A DNA stretch of 64,000 bases from Aplysia californica. Taxonomy: Eukaryota. Location of the stretch: assembly GCF_000002075.1 (NCBI RefSeq), contig NW_004797813.1:382628-446627 (forward strand), written 5' to 3'. Positions 1 to 15,600 of the stretch are shown one piece after another. Numbering within the stretch: position 1 is the stretch's first letter; the number at the start of each line of letters is the position of its first letter. Made by a program: the position numbers and the translations under genes. Below the pieces are notes generated by a model that searched no databases, was not told the DNA's origin, and saw nothing but the letters and a program-made list of their open reading frames with translations.

Positions 1-608
1 GAATGACATATAAACTTTTTGATGAGCGTGATTGGGAATCTGCAGCAAGAGGACAGTTTGCCTCGTGCACTTGTCAAATGAGATATAGAAAAATAGTGAA
101 GAAAGATCATGTAGGAAGGACTTAAGTTTATTGTAATGTGATGTGGGTCAAAATATCCATGGTGAAAGCAGTTGACAGGTACAGTATTAGGAAGAAACAG
201 AGATTTTTAAAAATCCAACATGGGCTGTCTAATGTCAAGACAAAGTTAAAAATTGATCTGTATGGGTATATAAGACAATAAAATTAGTTTCATTAAAAAC
301 AATTTATCACTGCTGTCGCAAGTCCAAATTTTGAGAATTTTTAATTTTTACACTCAACCAAAGCTCTACCAAAGGTGCACCTTTCAACATCACTATAAGG
401 CAGTTTAATGCTATGGTCAAAGCTTACAATATTTTTGCTTTTCATGATTCCTGATAGGGACAACACAACAAAAACTAGTGTTTTTGTCTCTGATGTAAAA
501 AGTACCCGAACGGACTTTTAAAGTGGACTGCTTGAAACACCGACAATATATAATATGTAACACTAAAAGAAGAACATGAAAACTATCAGTTAATGTTTGT
601 AGTCTTAC

Positions 609-3600
609 CGATGTAGCAGTATATAGTCATGAAAAATTATAGGAAATCTGGAGAATATCGCAACACCCTCCTCTGTCCGGCCCTGCTCCAAGCAGGTCTC
701 ATGCATCATTGCTGGCTGGTACACAAACTGGTTGTTAAAACAGAAGGTGAAATCAACATGAGTGACTGCTTTCTGATAGTATATATATGAGAAATTACAG
801 ACTAACTCCCTTATTCTGTGGCAAACAGAAAAGAAACAGCATATCAAAATGGGTTGGAATACTTAGGTTTTAATTCTAGTGTACAGAAGGTCACAGATAA
901 TTTTAACAAGTTGTGTACAATGGAGTCCACTTAAATCGAATACAGTTAACTCCTTCGTGACCTACATGACATATGCCAAGAAGCTGCTGTGATGTATGGC
1001 GCTCATCAGGCCTTGTGATGCGTGAGGACCACGATGATGAACGCCATTCACCATAGGTTGTATTCTGCATACTGCTTCTATTAGATGGATTTTAAAAAAC
1101 TAATTGCAGATACGCATTCAGCTATGTCTTTTCCGAAAAAGGAAATCTTTTGCTTTTAGTTTTAGAGATAGTATTTACAAACCAGGTCTAATTATAGGCA
1201 ACCAACCACTAAATCTAGCACTACTCTGTGTCCCTAGGAATCCAAAACTGTGCCCGGTGATGAAAGAACTGACTCCTTATCACAAAGGAGTTAATATGAA
1301 GGCAGCAGTACACCAAAAGAAAAGTGAATCCTTGATTTTCTCCTTCATTAACTGAGCATACCATTGAACTAAAAACATGACTAAACCAAAGAAAATTTAG
1401 CAGTCCCGCAGTTTTCGGTTTAATCAAACTCCACCGTTATTTAAATCACCATTTATTGTTAGATACAAATATCCTATACAAGACAAATTTCTAAAATAAT
1501 AATTGGGAATTTTAATGTTGCAGAGGCCATTGACGAATCTAATCAATTCAACACTGCTCCAGGCTGTTTTTGCTGCCTCCTTCCAACCAGACTCTGGTCT
1601 TTCTAATATATATATAAATATGATGACCTGCCTCTAGCTCTTCCAAAACAATTTTTTTGCTCCATGTTCATATTGCAGGTTTATGACAAGGTCTCGTGAG
1701 TTGTGCGGGCTGTTGGCCTCCTCAAAATTTGATCTGGTCTGTTTCTCTGTTTTTGGTCTGCTCTCTATGCCACAATTCCTTATAATTCAACTTTCTCCCA
1801 CAAGCCCAGATCATCGTCATCATCCGATGCCTTGCCGACTGGCGTAGGCGATCATGGACCTCCACTTCCATCTGTCTTGCGTTGCAGCAATGGTGTCCGT
1901 TGTACTTGCTGCTCCCAGCCATGTTGTCAACTTGTCCAGTATCTTTTCCCTCTGTCTGCCTTTGCCTCTCTTTCCATCAAACTTGCCTGTTGTTAAAATA
2001 TTCTCCAATGCTTCTTTCCGCATTGTGTGTCCAATGAAATTTGCTTGTCGCTTTCGTATATTTGTCATAAGCTGTCGTCTGCAATTTGCTTCAACCAGGG
2101 CTTCTTCATTTGTTTTTCTAACTGTCCATGGGATATGTAGCATACGTCTTATGAACCACAACTCTGTCGCCTCAGTTGTTCTTTTCAGTTGTCTATTGAT
2201 TGTCCATGCTTCGTACGCGTATAAAGGATTGGCGTATAAGGATTGGCTCCATGTAACTTTTCAGTACTCTTTTTCTTGTTTCTAGTGACAGATTGATGTT
2301 TGTGAGTATCTGTTTCATTTTGTGGAAGGCTGCTTTTGCTTGGCAAATGCGGCTTTAAATTTCGGTGTAACATCTCCCATCTGATGATATAATGGTCCCC
2401 AAATATTTAAAATGTTGTACTTGCTTGAGGGTGGTATAATTGATTTTGATATATTGAAGGTTGGGGTTGGAGTTTTTCTGCTTATCACCATTGTTTCAGT
2501 TTTCTTGATGTCTAGGCCTAGGCCCATGTTGTCACTCTCTTGTACGATGACATCTAATAGATTCTGTAGATGTTCTTCATCTTCTGCTATTAGGACTGAG
2601 TCGTCTGCATATCTTAGATTGTTTACATTATGTCCCCCTATCGAGATACCTGGCATTTCTTCTACGTGTCTAATGATATTTTCACTATACAGAGAGAACC
2701 AGTCTGGTGAACATGCACATCCCTGTCTGACTCCTGTTTTAATCTGTATGTATTCGCTGATGTCGTTTTCTATTCTTATTGCAGCCGTGTGATCCCAGTA
2801 CATGTTCTTGATAATCCTCTAGTCCTTCCCGTCAATATTGAGGACTTCTAGCATATCGATGATCTTGTCGTGCCTAACTTTGTCGAAAGCCTTGGTGTAG
2901 TCTATAAAGCATAAATGAAGATCTTTCTGAACTTCCAGGGCATGCTCTATTGTTGTTCTGATGATATATATGGCATTTTTACAGAGCCTTTGCCTTCAAA
3001 GTATTCCCCATACTGTATCGTAAAACCCGGATCTTTTGGAGAATCTTCTTTGTCATTTTCATGCCTATTTTTACACAGCAAAAGGAAATTCAAGTGATAT
3101 CATTTCAGGGTCACGCTGGAACAAAGAGTTCAGTTAGCCAAGTTCAGATTATGTGATCCAGTCGCTTCATTTGAGACAAAATAATCTCTGAGCAAAAATT
3201 GTCTTCATGCATCCAGTAATAGAAGCATTGTTTTTCCCACACGGTACATTGTTCTACCTGATATCCGGGTAAGTGCGGTACAATGTGATCCATCTGGCTT
3301 GGTCCCTGACGACCTCCTCGAGGAGCTTCAAAGCGAATCTCTTGAAAACCCACAATATCTGGCTGGGCTTCCTTGACAATCTGGAGAGATCAAACCTGTC
3401 CCATTAGAATATCATTTGAAGCCGTGCAAAGAAAAAAACCTGTGCACAATGTGCTCATTGAAGTCTATCAGCTTATCAACAGCTTCGATAATTGTCTATG
3501 ATACACCATAGCCAAACCTATAGTCCGGACAACACCAAATGGACAACTTGGCGACCTCATTACATCGAATCTAAGTGGCGAATCTCTCTGAATTTTCGCT

Positions 3601-6600
3601 TGCGCATCTGAATTCTAAAAGACCTGAAAATTTTGATTTTCGTGCATGTGCGACAAATAAACACTGCACACTTTTCATAGCAAGCACGCTACAATGCTAA
3701 AATCATAACAATACAGGGTGTCGTTGCAGGGGCTCAGCCAGAAATTTCGGGGGGGGGGGGGGGAGATACAGTTAGGTCAAATCCAAAACTGGGGATCAAC
3801 CGAAAACTAAATTTGAAGCCTAGGCATGTCACTGGGCACCCCACCCCCACACACCCCATGCAGGTCCAAGGCAGAGCCCCCCCCCCCCCCTACACATACA
3901 TTTTCCAACCACCTAAATATGAAAGTAGTATTATTAGAAGTATTATGCGCCTTTATCTTTATTATTATTATTATTATCAATCTGTTATTTCCGACATTCC
4001 CAATACAAATATTATTATGTCCCCTCAGTATCTATTATGTTCTTTCAGTATCGTTTATTCATGCAGTTCTGTTCTGTAAGAATTTATGACTGTGTGAATT
4101 CATCAATGTGTGCGAGGGTGTCTGGGTAAACTTTGTGGGATTGTCTNNNNNNNNNNNNNNNNNNNNNNNNNNNNNNNNNNNNNNNNNNNNNNNNNNNNNN
4201 NNNNNNNNNNNNNNNNNNNNNNNNNNNNNNNNNNNNNNNNNNNNNNNNNNNNNNNNNNNNNNNNNNNNNNNNNNNNNNNNNNNNNNNNGAGTTGTGTGCT
4301 GCCTATGTTCTTTGTATTATTGTACAGCGCATTGAGCTCTTCTTTGTGGAAATGCGCTATATAAATGCAATTTATTATTATTATTATTATCATTTCTGAC
4401 ATGTCAACATTATCTCAGTAGTTAATAGTTCAGTAGTTAAGGCAATGTCTTTTGGAGTTTTTTTCTGGTTTGTAAATTAAGTAATCTAACCATGGTGATA
4501 AATGAAAAAGCGACAGCAAATTGAAACACAAGCGATCTCAAAGACTGAAGAAAGAAATTTTACTCATTGTATATCACAATTACAAATTAGTCAATCTAAA
4601 TAAACCCACTGTTACCCAGTAACCACTGGACTGAAAACAACTCAGTCTTGCGGCACATGCAGTCAGTTCAAGAAAAGAAAATAGATTTGAAAAAACAAAA
4701 CAAAAAACGAACACTCAACTACCGTTCTTGTTCTAATTTTTTTTTAAAGCGCAGATTGTAATAAAATACTAATGATTATACAGAAAAAAACCTCTTTGTA
4801 TTTGTTGCATATGCATAAAAATCGAGACTTTTTAGGATTTTTAAAATTCAGAAGCACATGCAATAAATCAAGGCAATTCTTCACTTAGTTTCGGTGTAAT
4901 GAGGTTGGCAAGTTGTCCATTTGGTGTTGTCCGGACTATAGTAAATTACCCCTATATTTATATTATAAAACCAGCCTTGCTTACCAGAAATACTTACCTC
5001 AATGCATGAAAGAGAAAAGAAAAAAAACCTATACAAAATTGTGCTGTGTCTTCACTCTGTGCCCACTACTGTCACCAGTTTAGTGCTAACGATCTTCATT
5101 AGAATTCAGTAAAAACAATGTTCCCATCCATATTGAGCACAGCACACACTGGTACTTCTCCTTGGAATAGCGTTAGAGCAAACTGTCATACGCCATGCTG
5201 TGGTGTATAAAACACTATGACATGACCTCAACACAAAAGAAGAGTGCCAAACATAGGCCTATTATACACGCACATAAACAGTCGAGAATGCCCTAACAGC
5301 CACCTGTCCAAGACAACTATCTATCCAAACGACCACTTCCCACGTCCTCCCTTGTGTTTTTTAAATATAAATAATGGCACAGCCCAAAATAAATTTCAGT
5401 ATCTCCCTTTCGCCCCCCCCCTCCAACATCTCAATGAGCTTTATGGCAGTCCTTAGCCTGCATCCGTCTCCGATCAGGACTTCAGAAGGGAATAGTTTGT
5501 TTTCTTCATTTTCATCAATCCTGCCCAAAACATCCACCGGTCTAAGTTAACTATTTTTCTCTTCCATAATGGGGGGCCATCTTGGACTTTTTTGGCTGTA
5601 CATAAGGCCTACAATCTAGCATGCAGATCGTGAAATTTGCTGGATACGGAAATCTTTTCAGTATGTATGAATTTTATTATTTACTTGTTAAAAATACAGA
5701 AAATGTAAAAGAAAATTTGAGACCTGAAAATCTGTTCCCTGGGTATGTGTTTCAGTATATGTGTGGTTGATCGTATGTATATCTTCTCATTCCAAGAGGT
5801 AAGCCACTGAAACCTAAGTAAGATTCACACAGGACAGTGATTGTGGAAATCTATACCAACATTAAATAATGATAAAAAAGGCTGAGCATACTGAAATGCA
5901 GAGTTATCAAGAGCCTTCAAAAGATTTTATGAGATAAAACAGTAATTTATGAGAACCCCTTTATTAAACCAAACTCACAATTTGATGACACCTATTTAGT
6001 CTGCAGAGATGTATATAGTGGCGTCCAAAAGAAACTTGAAAATGTAATCACCAAATCATCCTGTTTTGGCTTGCACTACCCACTCGGGCAGCATACCAAT
6101 TTAAAGCTGAATAAATTCTTTCTTCATCATCTGACACATTAATGTTTCATCTATGTTAAGAGATGCCCGAGATATGATCATTCAAATTTGACCTTAAAAA
6201 ATCAGGCTTGGCAAAATTGTGTGAAATCAGAGAAATGCAAAAGTGTTTTCGCACATATATTGAAGGGCATCAACATTGATGGAATGGACATGTATTGAAT
6301 CAAATGAAAAGAGAACATTGTTAGTGTTTCTGCAATGAACAGCATCTTCTGATGTTGTTGTTGTTGTTAGCGACCCAGTAGCATCTGAGTGTTAACTCTT
6401 CTGCATGATGCCATTCGGTAATAGTTGCATGTTTGTTCTAATTGTTGTCCTGAGGAGTAGAGGCAATTAGATGTGTGGGGTAGCCTGGGAAGAAAACATC
6501 CCCCTAAATCAGTTAGTTTTCTACAAAAGAACAGATGATGTTCCACTGTCTCTGAGGGGCAGTCACACAGCAGGCAGGCAGCAGACTGCTTTACTCCAAA

Positions 6601-9600
6601 TGGGTTGAGATGTTGTTTGAGGGGTACATGTTGTGTTCTAAGTTGGAAGACTATGGATTGAACTCCCCTCCTCAACCCATTGATTGGATCCTCGACCAGT
6701 GGTTTATTCATGTGGCCACACATCCTCCTTCCTGTCGTACCTGTGGCCCAACCATTCATCCACTCTTCCTTGAGGTTTGACTTGATCATTTGGCAGCAGG
6801 TGGTGTAATTCGTAGGAATTTCAGACTGAGGGAGGCCAGCTCCCCTCCCCGCCAGAGCATCAGCTCTTTCATTTCCCGGTATCCCAATGTGGGCAGGAAT
6901 CCATTGTAGGACTACTCTGACGTGGTGCCTACTTATCAAATTATGTAGACTCCAAATCAAGTGCAATACATCTTTGTTCACATCAGTCCCACTCTCAAGT
7001 GTCTCTAGTGTTGAAAGGCTGTCTGTAAAGATAACGATGTCTGTGGTAGCAAGTGGGTTAGTGTCAAACAAGTAGTTGATGTTGTCTGCTGTGTTGGTGA
7101 TAGCCTGTTGTTCGGCAATGAAATTGGAGCAGAAGGACCCGCTGGAATTAAAGACTTCTTTTTTTATCCCACTGGGCAAGTTGATCACTGACCCATATCC
7201 AGCGCTATTGTTGCCTTTAAGGCAGATCCATCAGTGTATGAGTGGATCCATGTTGGTGGATAGGAATCAATTGTTTCAAGGGCAGAATGTTTTAGTGCTA
7301 CAGGATATGTGTTTTTATTGCTCTTTTCCTAAAGTGTTTTCCTAATTTCTGGCTTTGCTATGGTGAGATGTGGTGGGAGAGTTGAGGGAACTCTTTCCAG
7401 AGGTTCTTGTCTTTCAGGGAGGTGATGTTTTTTTTTGGAGATTGAGAACAGTGTCAAGTAGAGATTTTGTATTTTTTAGTCTTTGATTAGGTTTGTCAAC
7501 AAGGACTCTATTTGGGTGGTTATTTTCTAGCCTTTTAGATCTTTCATATACTTCTAAAGCTGCCCGTTTTCTTTGAGTTTTTAATGGCTCAATATTTGTG
7601 TGGATTTCACAGGTCGCAGTCGGTGAGGTTCTCATTCCACCAGAGATAAGACGAAGAGCTTGGTTTTGGATGGTGTCCATTGAGTTCTTTGTAGTTTTAC
7701 TGCAAATGTTTTGTAGAACAAGATTATAATCAAAAACAGCTCTGGTAGGCCCCTATATCCTAAATAGAGGCCTCTCAAAGTGTTCTTGTCTGATCCCTAG
7801 TTGGTACTGGCAAGTCGTTTGATGAGATTAATTCTCTTCATAGCGTTCTTCCTGAGGTTGTTGGTGTGTTGTTTCAGGTTGAGCTTGCTATAAAGTTGTA
7901 CTCCAAGATACACTGGGCTATTCTCCTTTTTCAAGTTGGTACCATCTATTTTGAGAGGGATTTCTGCATTTGCAAGGTTATAGCTTCTCGTAAAAACAGA
8001 GTAGACAGTTTTTTCGCAGTTTACTTTCATCTTCCATAAACGGCAATAGATTCCTAGGGAATTTAGATCATCTTGTAGTCTTCGTCTGCTTATTGTTGTC
8101 GAGTCTCCAGTGTGCCAAAAGACCAGGTCATCAGCAAAAAGGGCTTTTTCTGTTCTGAGAACATCTGAAACGTCATTGAGGAAGGCAAGGAATAAGGTAC
8201 AGCTTGTAGAAGATCCCTGTGGGAGTCCTTCCTCCAGTACTGCTTTTGAAGATAGGGTTTCATCCATCTGGGTCTGGATGAGTCTATCTGTAAGGAATGA
8301 TTTAATCCAGGAGTACTTGTTTCCCTTGATTCCCATGATCTGCAGTTTTAAGAGTAGTCCTTTCCTCCACACTCTATCGTAGGCTTGTTGGAGATCCACA
8401 AACACAGCCGTTGTCTGTTCCCCTCTTTGAAATCCATCAATGATTTTCTGTGTAAGCCTGAAGAGCTGGTCTTCTGTCCTGCCTTTTGACCTGAACCCTG
8501 CTTGACACTGTGATATCAGACCTGAAGACTCAATCCACCAATAAAGACGAGAATTGAGGATTCTTTCACAGAGCTTGCCAATACAGGATGTGAGTAATAT
8601 TGGGCGGTAGGTTTTAGGGTCATCGGCCTTCTTTCCTTTCGTTAAGATTGGGTTTATAGTAGCTAGTTTCCATGCTTTAGGCAGATTTCCCTCAGTCCAT
8701 GTTCTGTTGTAGAGCTTAAGAAGTAGCAATTTGGCTTTTTCACCAAGGTTTTGTAGCATCTCATTGTGTACTTTATCAGGACCTGGGCTTTTTCGCTTTT
8801 TCAGTTTCTTGATAGCACAGTCCAACTCTCGCTTAGTTAAGAAGTCCTGGAAGATACTCGGTGTCATCAAATCTCTCTCTTTTCCTTTCAGAACATCTTC
8901 TGATGATATTTTCAAACAGATTGGAAAACGTAGCAGTTAATAATACCACACAAAACCTGGCCTTAACATAACATGTCATCATCATCAATGCCTTTCACCC
9001 CTGGCAGAGTATAGGCCACATATAAGCTCCTTCCATTTATCTCTGTCCTGAGCCATCCTTCTAAGCTCATTCCAAGTGAGCTTCATCTTTCCATGCATCT
9101 CCTCTATGTTTCCCGTGGCCTATCCCTGCCTTGTGCTCCTTGTGGGTTCCACTGCAGTGACTGTCTTGTGATGTTTCCACTGGGCTTTCTTAAGGTGTGT
9201 CCCATCCATCGCCACTTTCTTATAAAATGTGCTCACTAGTATTGATTTTGTTTTTGTTTTTGTTTAGGAGCTAATGGTTTCGTGTCGAAACCTTTTTCGC
9301 ACTTGGACTGTGTTAGACTAGTTAAATTTTGGATATGATCATCTTTCAGCCACAAACAGAGGCCACGAAACTGCCACTATCTTGGGTGGTCTGGGGTGGA
9401 ATAAACAAACCGCCCTTGTGAGAATCAGCGGATTGTTTGGTACATCGCGCAAGTGCTGGAACGTCTTGTCTTACTCATATTTTCGACACAGTGTCATTCA
9501 AGTAGACATCTTCGTGCGCAGAAAAGAACTTTCTCACACGGCCAATGCCACAAAAAAATTCTTGGAAAACAAAATCAAATCAACGTTGGAGTGGTCACCA

Positions 9601-12600
9601 GTAAATAGCCGTGATATGAATCCTACAGGTATGTGAAGAGGGAAGTACCATGAAACAGCAGCTGAAGAAAAGCGACTTTGCTCCCGATTCAGACCTTTTG
9701 ATTGCAGATTTCTGTGACATTTGAGATGAGACTGCGGATAATCAGGTCCAAAATTTAATAAATTGATGCGAAAAGGGTTCATGCACTACACAAAGCCAAT
9801 GGCTTCTAAGCAAAATAACAATGATCATAATTATTTAATATTAAGTCCAAGTTTTGCAAGGCATTTGTGATTGCTCTATTTAAATTTTCCATTTTATTTG
9901 AAAATATCATGACAAAATATAAAAATGGAATATTGTATTGCAATATAAAATTCTGCATTAACTGGATATGTAATGTATGTTCATTCTATCAATATTGATG
10001 CTCCTCAATACATGCGTGAAGACAAATTTACATTTCTTTGATTTCCCACAATTTTGTCAAGCCTGATTTTTTTAGGGCCAATTTTGAGTGACCATATCTC
10101 GGGCGTCTCTTAACATAGATGAATTATTTATGAGTCAGATGATGCAGAACTTATTTAGCTTTAAATTGGTATGCTGCATGAGTATGCAGTGCAATGCAAC
10201 ATGATGATTGGATGATTACATTTTCAAGTTTCTTTTGGACGCCACTGTATATGGCTGTAGAAGCAAAGACACTCAGAGAAGAACCATGAACATTTCTCCC
10301 TTTCACCCTCTTGCAGATTTGTAACACTTTAAAACAGTTAAAAAGAATACTGTCAGACTTGAAAACCCTTGCAAGTTTTTAGACATCATAGTGACTTATC
10401 TATCATTCACGATACAACCAACCTACCTTCAGCAGTCGGGAAACCCGTGGAAGATAATCTCCTTGATCAGCTGAGAAAGTGAAGTAGTTCCATATATTGT
10501 ATGTCATCACCTTTAACGACAACTTAGATGACTTTGAATGATCACAGCTCTTTTCAGTTGCAGTGTCAACAGATACACGTGACACTGGGCCTGACTTTGC
10601 ACACTCCTGGTGGACATCATTGTCTTTGTCACTCTTGCACGAACTTAAAACATTGTCACTGGCACTTGACACCAAAATTTGGAAATCTTTGCTCCTAGAA
10701 AGACTTGACAAGACTGGGGAACCATGAACCTTTTCATTGTCTTGTACTGCCCACTGTTTCAGCAGATTCCACGACAAGTCTTTTTCACAATGGTGAATAT
10801 GGGAATAAATGAAAAACCTCTCAAATTCAGGGGACTTGGTTACAGTTAGGAAATGTACAAATCTGCTCCCATTACTTGAATACAAGACATGAAAATTATA
10901 TAAATGTCCGAAGGACAATGGCACTGAGACAAAGTTTTCATAATTTTGGTCCTGTCTTGTAGGCTTTTCCAACAGGACTGGCTCCAGATTTGAGAATGTA
11001 TACCAAAGGTCCTGTAATGATTGTAAGGAAAGAATTTTGTTAATTGTCCAGAATACAGGGGGAAAAGTGAACCATCAAAGACTAACAGATTGCAAAGAAA
11101 AAAGGATAAATAAATAAATAAATGAGTAATAAAATACTTTCTTCTCCTTCCCGTTCATCTTTGAATGGACTGCCCAGTCTTTGTGTGAAGGCTGCAATAC
11201 ACAGCAGGTCCCCCCGGCTCCCATAGAATTTCAGGCTCATTGCCTATGTTTCGGCCAATACTTCTTCCTGAGTGCTTCATGCATTGGGCAGGCTTGTAGT
11301 TTATGACTTTCAGTTTGGCTGCTAGTTCTACATGGATACTATTTTGAGTTGCCGATCCTAAACTTTGTGTAGAGATGGTATTTCAGGTTGTTAAGGCCTG
11401 TTTTGAGTCTGAAGAGTACAATCTGCTCTTGATTGGTGAAGAGTCAGTAGGGGTTAGCCTGGTTGAAGTGTGAATGTGCTCCTCCCATTTTACTAGTAAC
11501 CTCATTTTGATGATGGGTATAGCCTTCAAATAATTTGTGCTTTCAGGCCACTTTGATTGAGACCCTTCCTGTGCTAGGGATCAGCTGTTTCGTTCAGTAA
11601 TAGTATCATATCAAAATTACAAAATTTAAGAGGCAAACTTGAAATACTGTCAACAAACAGTACCTAGTCTAACTCAAGTGATAGACTGCCCATCAAAATA
11701 GAGTCACAGTCACTTTATATCTTTTAAGTTATGAAAAGGGTGACATTTTTTCAAAAGCAACACCTTTTATTGGCAGCTTTAATCCCCTTTATACGATAAT
11801 CCATAAGGTGTACAATATCTATCTAGCTTCCTTGGACACATACATGACTTGGCGACCAAACATTTTCTTTACTTCTCTATAGCTGTTTTTAACTCCTCTT
11901 GAAAAACTAGACTTCATTGAGTCAGTCAGTTTGTACTGCACACCATCGATATTTTCAGAAATTGTAAAAATTGTAAGAATATAAAATCTTTAGTTTGTCA
12001 CAAGATACAAAGTTCGATTTAGAGATAAATCCAAGAGCCTCCCAGCTTCACCATCCGTTATAGCGAAATATTACACAACATTCTACTTCAGCTGGTCTGA
12101 CTAGTCTGAAAAAGTTCTTCGATAATTTACTTGAAAACTCCTTTCTCTTCTGTCTTACCTCTTTATTGACATTTTTAGTACTGAATGGTAATGTATGCAC
12201 TTTGTGATACAATACAGTTTTTTTTATTCAAGGGACAAACATATAATAATGAAGAGTAGCATGGTGTTGGTTGGTGCCATTCCATAGAAGTATCAAAAAA
12301 TTAAAGTTATATGATTCATTTTTATACTCTATAATATATTCTTCTTTCCAATATGCTGCTAGTAGACATTCATCATGAGCATAACTTTTTTCACAGATAA
12401 AGATAATTTCCTTTTTATATTTGAAAGCAATGATATAGCATACAAACCAATTTTGTATGGCATTTAATGTCCTTATCGGTTACTGAAATCCAAGGGTATC
12501 GCTGCAGTATGAAGTCCTGAGCCACCTGAAAGAAAAAAATTACCATATTAAAAGGAAATTAGCGCTGCAGAGTTCTGTAATTTTAGTCTGACTGCAACTA

Positions 12601-15600
12601 TAAATTCTCAAAAGATCAAGAAACTTTACTCTGAAGACTCAATAAATCAATTGAAGCTTTTCATAACATACAAAACACCTGATCATCAAATTCCCCTTGG
12701 TCGATCGGGTGAGAAAATGACAAGGACAGGAGTGGTGGTTCAATGTTCACAATGAGGACTTATTGTGCTTATGAATTGGTCAGAGCTTGACAGAAGGGAC
12801 ACATCTCTACTATTCATTTTTTCATTGTGCTTCCTTCTCTAGATCAGGTGTTGCGAGCCGTCTCCCTTTCAGAGATTCTACAGATAGATGACATCTACAA
12901 AAGTGTAATAGTTGATACACTTTAAATTGAAAAGCATTGCTGCTGTGATTTCTTACACTAGTGATTCACACTAGATCATTTCAAGATACTCAAATGGACA
13001 GGTGTGACATAATTCACATCTTTACAGACAGATCCTGAGGGTGATCCGTAGAGAAAGATGGAACAGACCTTATGTTGAACTCTGCTGTTGTAAGGGAAAA
13101 CGACGAAAGGTCAAACTTTTTCGATTTTTTAAATTCTTAGGTATTTCATAGAAATAATTCTGCATCTAACCGTATACAAATTTTGGTCATATCCTAATCT
13201 GTTCTTGCGTGATTGAGAGTAGTTCCTCTTTTTCCCTTAAACTAGCCAGCCCCAGGCCTGAGTGCAGGTTTCTCGCGGCTTCAGTGCACTCGCGGCCTTG
13301 AAAACATGTTTGTTATTGAAGGTCATCATCGGTTTTGTCGATTTTGCCCCTCCCATGGAGGACAGTCTACCTAGCCCCAAACTGACAAAACAGATCCGAA
13401 CTGAACCGATGATGTCATTGAGAAATGCCTATAAGGGAAAATAATAAACTGTTCATTGCTAAAGGATCATTGCATACTAGGTCTTTTTCGCAAACAAACA
13501 ATCCCCTCTCATCTCCGCTGAGTACAATCGACCAGGATTATAAAAATGAATCACTTGGTGCGTATTTCTGTCTGTCTTCACGTATTATTATGACCGTGCA
13601 TATTGACAAAAGAGCAAAAAAGCTGATGTGTAAGAGTAAAACGGATGGGAATGGGGGGGAAAAGGGTGGGGGTAGTATTTTTTAAAAAGTGTTGAGCAAA
13701 AAATGGATGAGCACTGCATTGGTGTCCCCCAGATGTTCACTGATTGAAGTTATATATCAGTTTGCTGTCCAGTCATTTGTCATCCTAACGATGGCTATAC
13801 ATAATGCCTCAGTTTGTCCAGCACGTTGTCACTGGTCGACAAAATTATAGAATTACTTGACAAATAATGACACTGCGTTATGACAGTTAATTTTTTTGTC
13901 CAGCTTAAAAAGTGTACGTATTGTGGCAACACATAGTCATGCTTTACAATTTTTTTTATGAATTGATGTTAAAATCGAGTATAATAATGTCTAGCAGATT
14001 CAAACAGTCCTTGTTGATCTCTACTTAGTGGTATGAAACAACAACTTGTTTCCCCACCAACTGAATCCTTTATTAAACACGATTGGTGTTGTACAAAGCG
14101 TCGCATTACCTCTCCCAAGAGAATATATGTAAAACAGTCTAGTCAGATTGCTACATTTCTTACATGAAAGTTTGTGTTTGCAATGATTTGATCATGAATA
14201 CTACTGACATTGTAACATTATGGATCCCTTTGCATATAATTTTGCAATTAGCCAAAGTAAGAACTAAGAGTAAAACTCGCTTCTGAAGAGAATATAACAA
14301 AGAAATCTCAAGGAGACCAAAGCTTTATTGCGAATGAAACAGTTTTAAATCAAGCTGTTGAAAACGTGTCATTAAATAATACATCATCTAATTTGGACAT
14401 AGACTGTATAGCATTTAACCAAGAGATGAAGGGAAACAAAGCATGCTTAGAGTTACAGTTGGGATATATGGATTATGGAAGACTGGATATAATGGTAAAT
14501 GGGAAACAAGTGGTGAGAGATGGGACACAGAAAAAGGGATTCGGAAGATAGGACTGCTTACAAGTACACGATAATAGCTGTAATGCACAGGGAAAGCCTG
14601 TGAACCAACACAGAGGGAAAATGATAGGAATAGAAAATTCTTTAATAACAAACACCAAATTTTATACACGAATAAAATACATTTAGCTAATTTGTGCACA
14701 TTCTATTCTTATTTGTAGCAACCTGTACAGTCATCACAGTCGACGATGAGTCACAACTGACCATTGCCTATGCCCATAATTATTTATAATGAGGATGGGA
14801 AAGAATGAAGAATCGTACCATTCGTCGCTTTTGCATACTATACAACGCAAGGCTTAACAGCAGCTGCGCAGTGCAAGGGAGAACGACGAATGTCTAATAA
14901 CTTTGCTTCTTTTCAACTTAAACAATTCAAACGTTTGAAACAGGTTATGAACACCGTAACCAGATCTCTGGTGAATTATAGCATAAAGAATTAAAAACAG
15001 TTCAGAGAGTTAAAAATTGAAAAAGTTTTTTGCCTCTCCTGAAAAATTTGCCTCCCTACCTGGACAGGAACATTTGTCATTTTCCTTTACCATGGCAGAA
15101 CTGCTTTCCCAAGGTCTTCATGACATCAGGGCAAATTGAAGAGCCTTTCTCATAAAGTGTAAATCTTTAAGTCCAACATGGACAATAATACTTCTGTCTC
15201 AGTTTGAACTTCTCTTAGAAACAGTACAAAGGAAACTTAAGAAACTGAACAAGTCTGAACACTGCTGAGAAGGTGATTTGAAGAGTGCACACACTTACCT
15301 TGCGAGCTTGAACAACATCAGGTATGTCTTCTTGAGGACTTTGAATTACATGCTTCCAGACCCCACCATACACCAGTTTATCATACTCTGTAAAAGATCA
15401 GTAACACACAAGTTTCAGACTTGATGATGAAAATGTATTGTCCACTGATGATCTGAGAACATAATCACTTTTACTTTTAATCATGAACTGAGCAAGAACT
15501 CATTTAATAAAAATTGATATATATTGACCCATTTGTCAATAATGCTGTTGTCTGCTTCTTTAAAGATTAAGCGCTCTTTTCTTTATATTATTATATATAG

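Larger units (their letters stand above)
6016..10247 (+). mobile_element. Tc1/mariner transposon relic with about 280-bp TIRs, interrupted by two retroelements
   Basis: (T/C)AGTGGCGTCCAAAAGAAACTTGAAAATGTAATCA at 6016 and its reverse complement ending at 10247, TA on both sides; TIR similarity over about 6016-6296 and 9972-10247. Transposase remnant at 9382-9636 ([10 protein letters not shown]...[13 protein letters not shown], the decayed WPxxSPDLNPI motif). Confidence 0.85.

Noticed and set aside
1-600. Next EEP exon
   Set aside because: No phase-2 acceptor followed by EEP-like sequence; the exon probably lies left of the window.
1854-2792. Plus-strand ORFs of 143 and 126 aa (also 8110-8382 and 62304-62714)
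   Set aside because: Antisense shadows of retrotransposon coding sequence.
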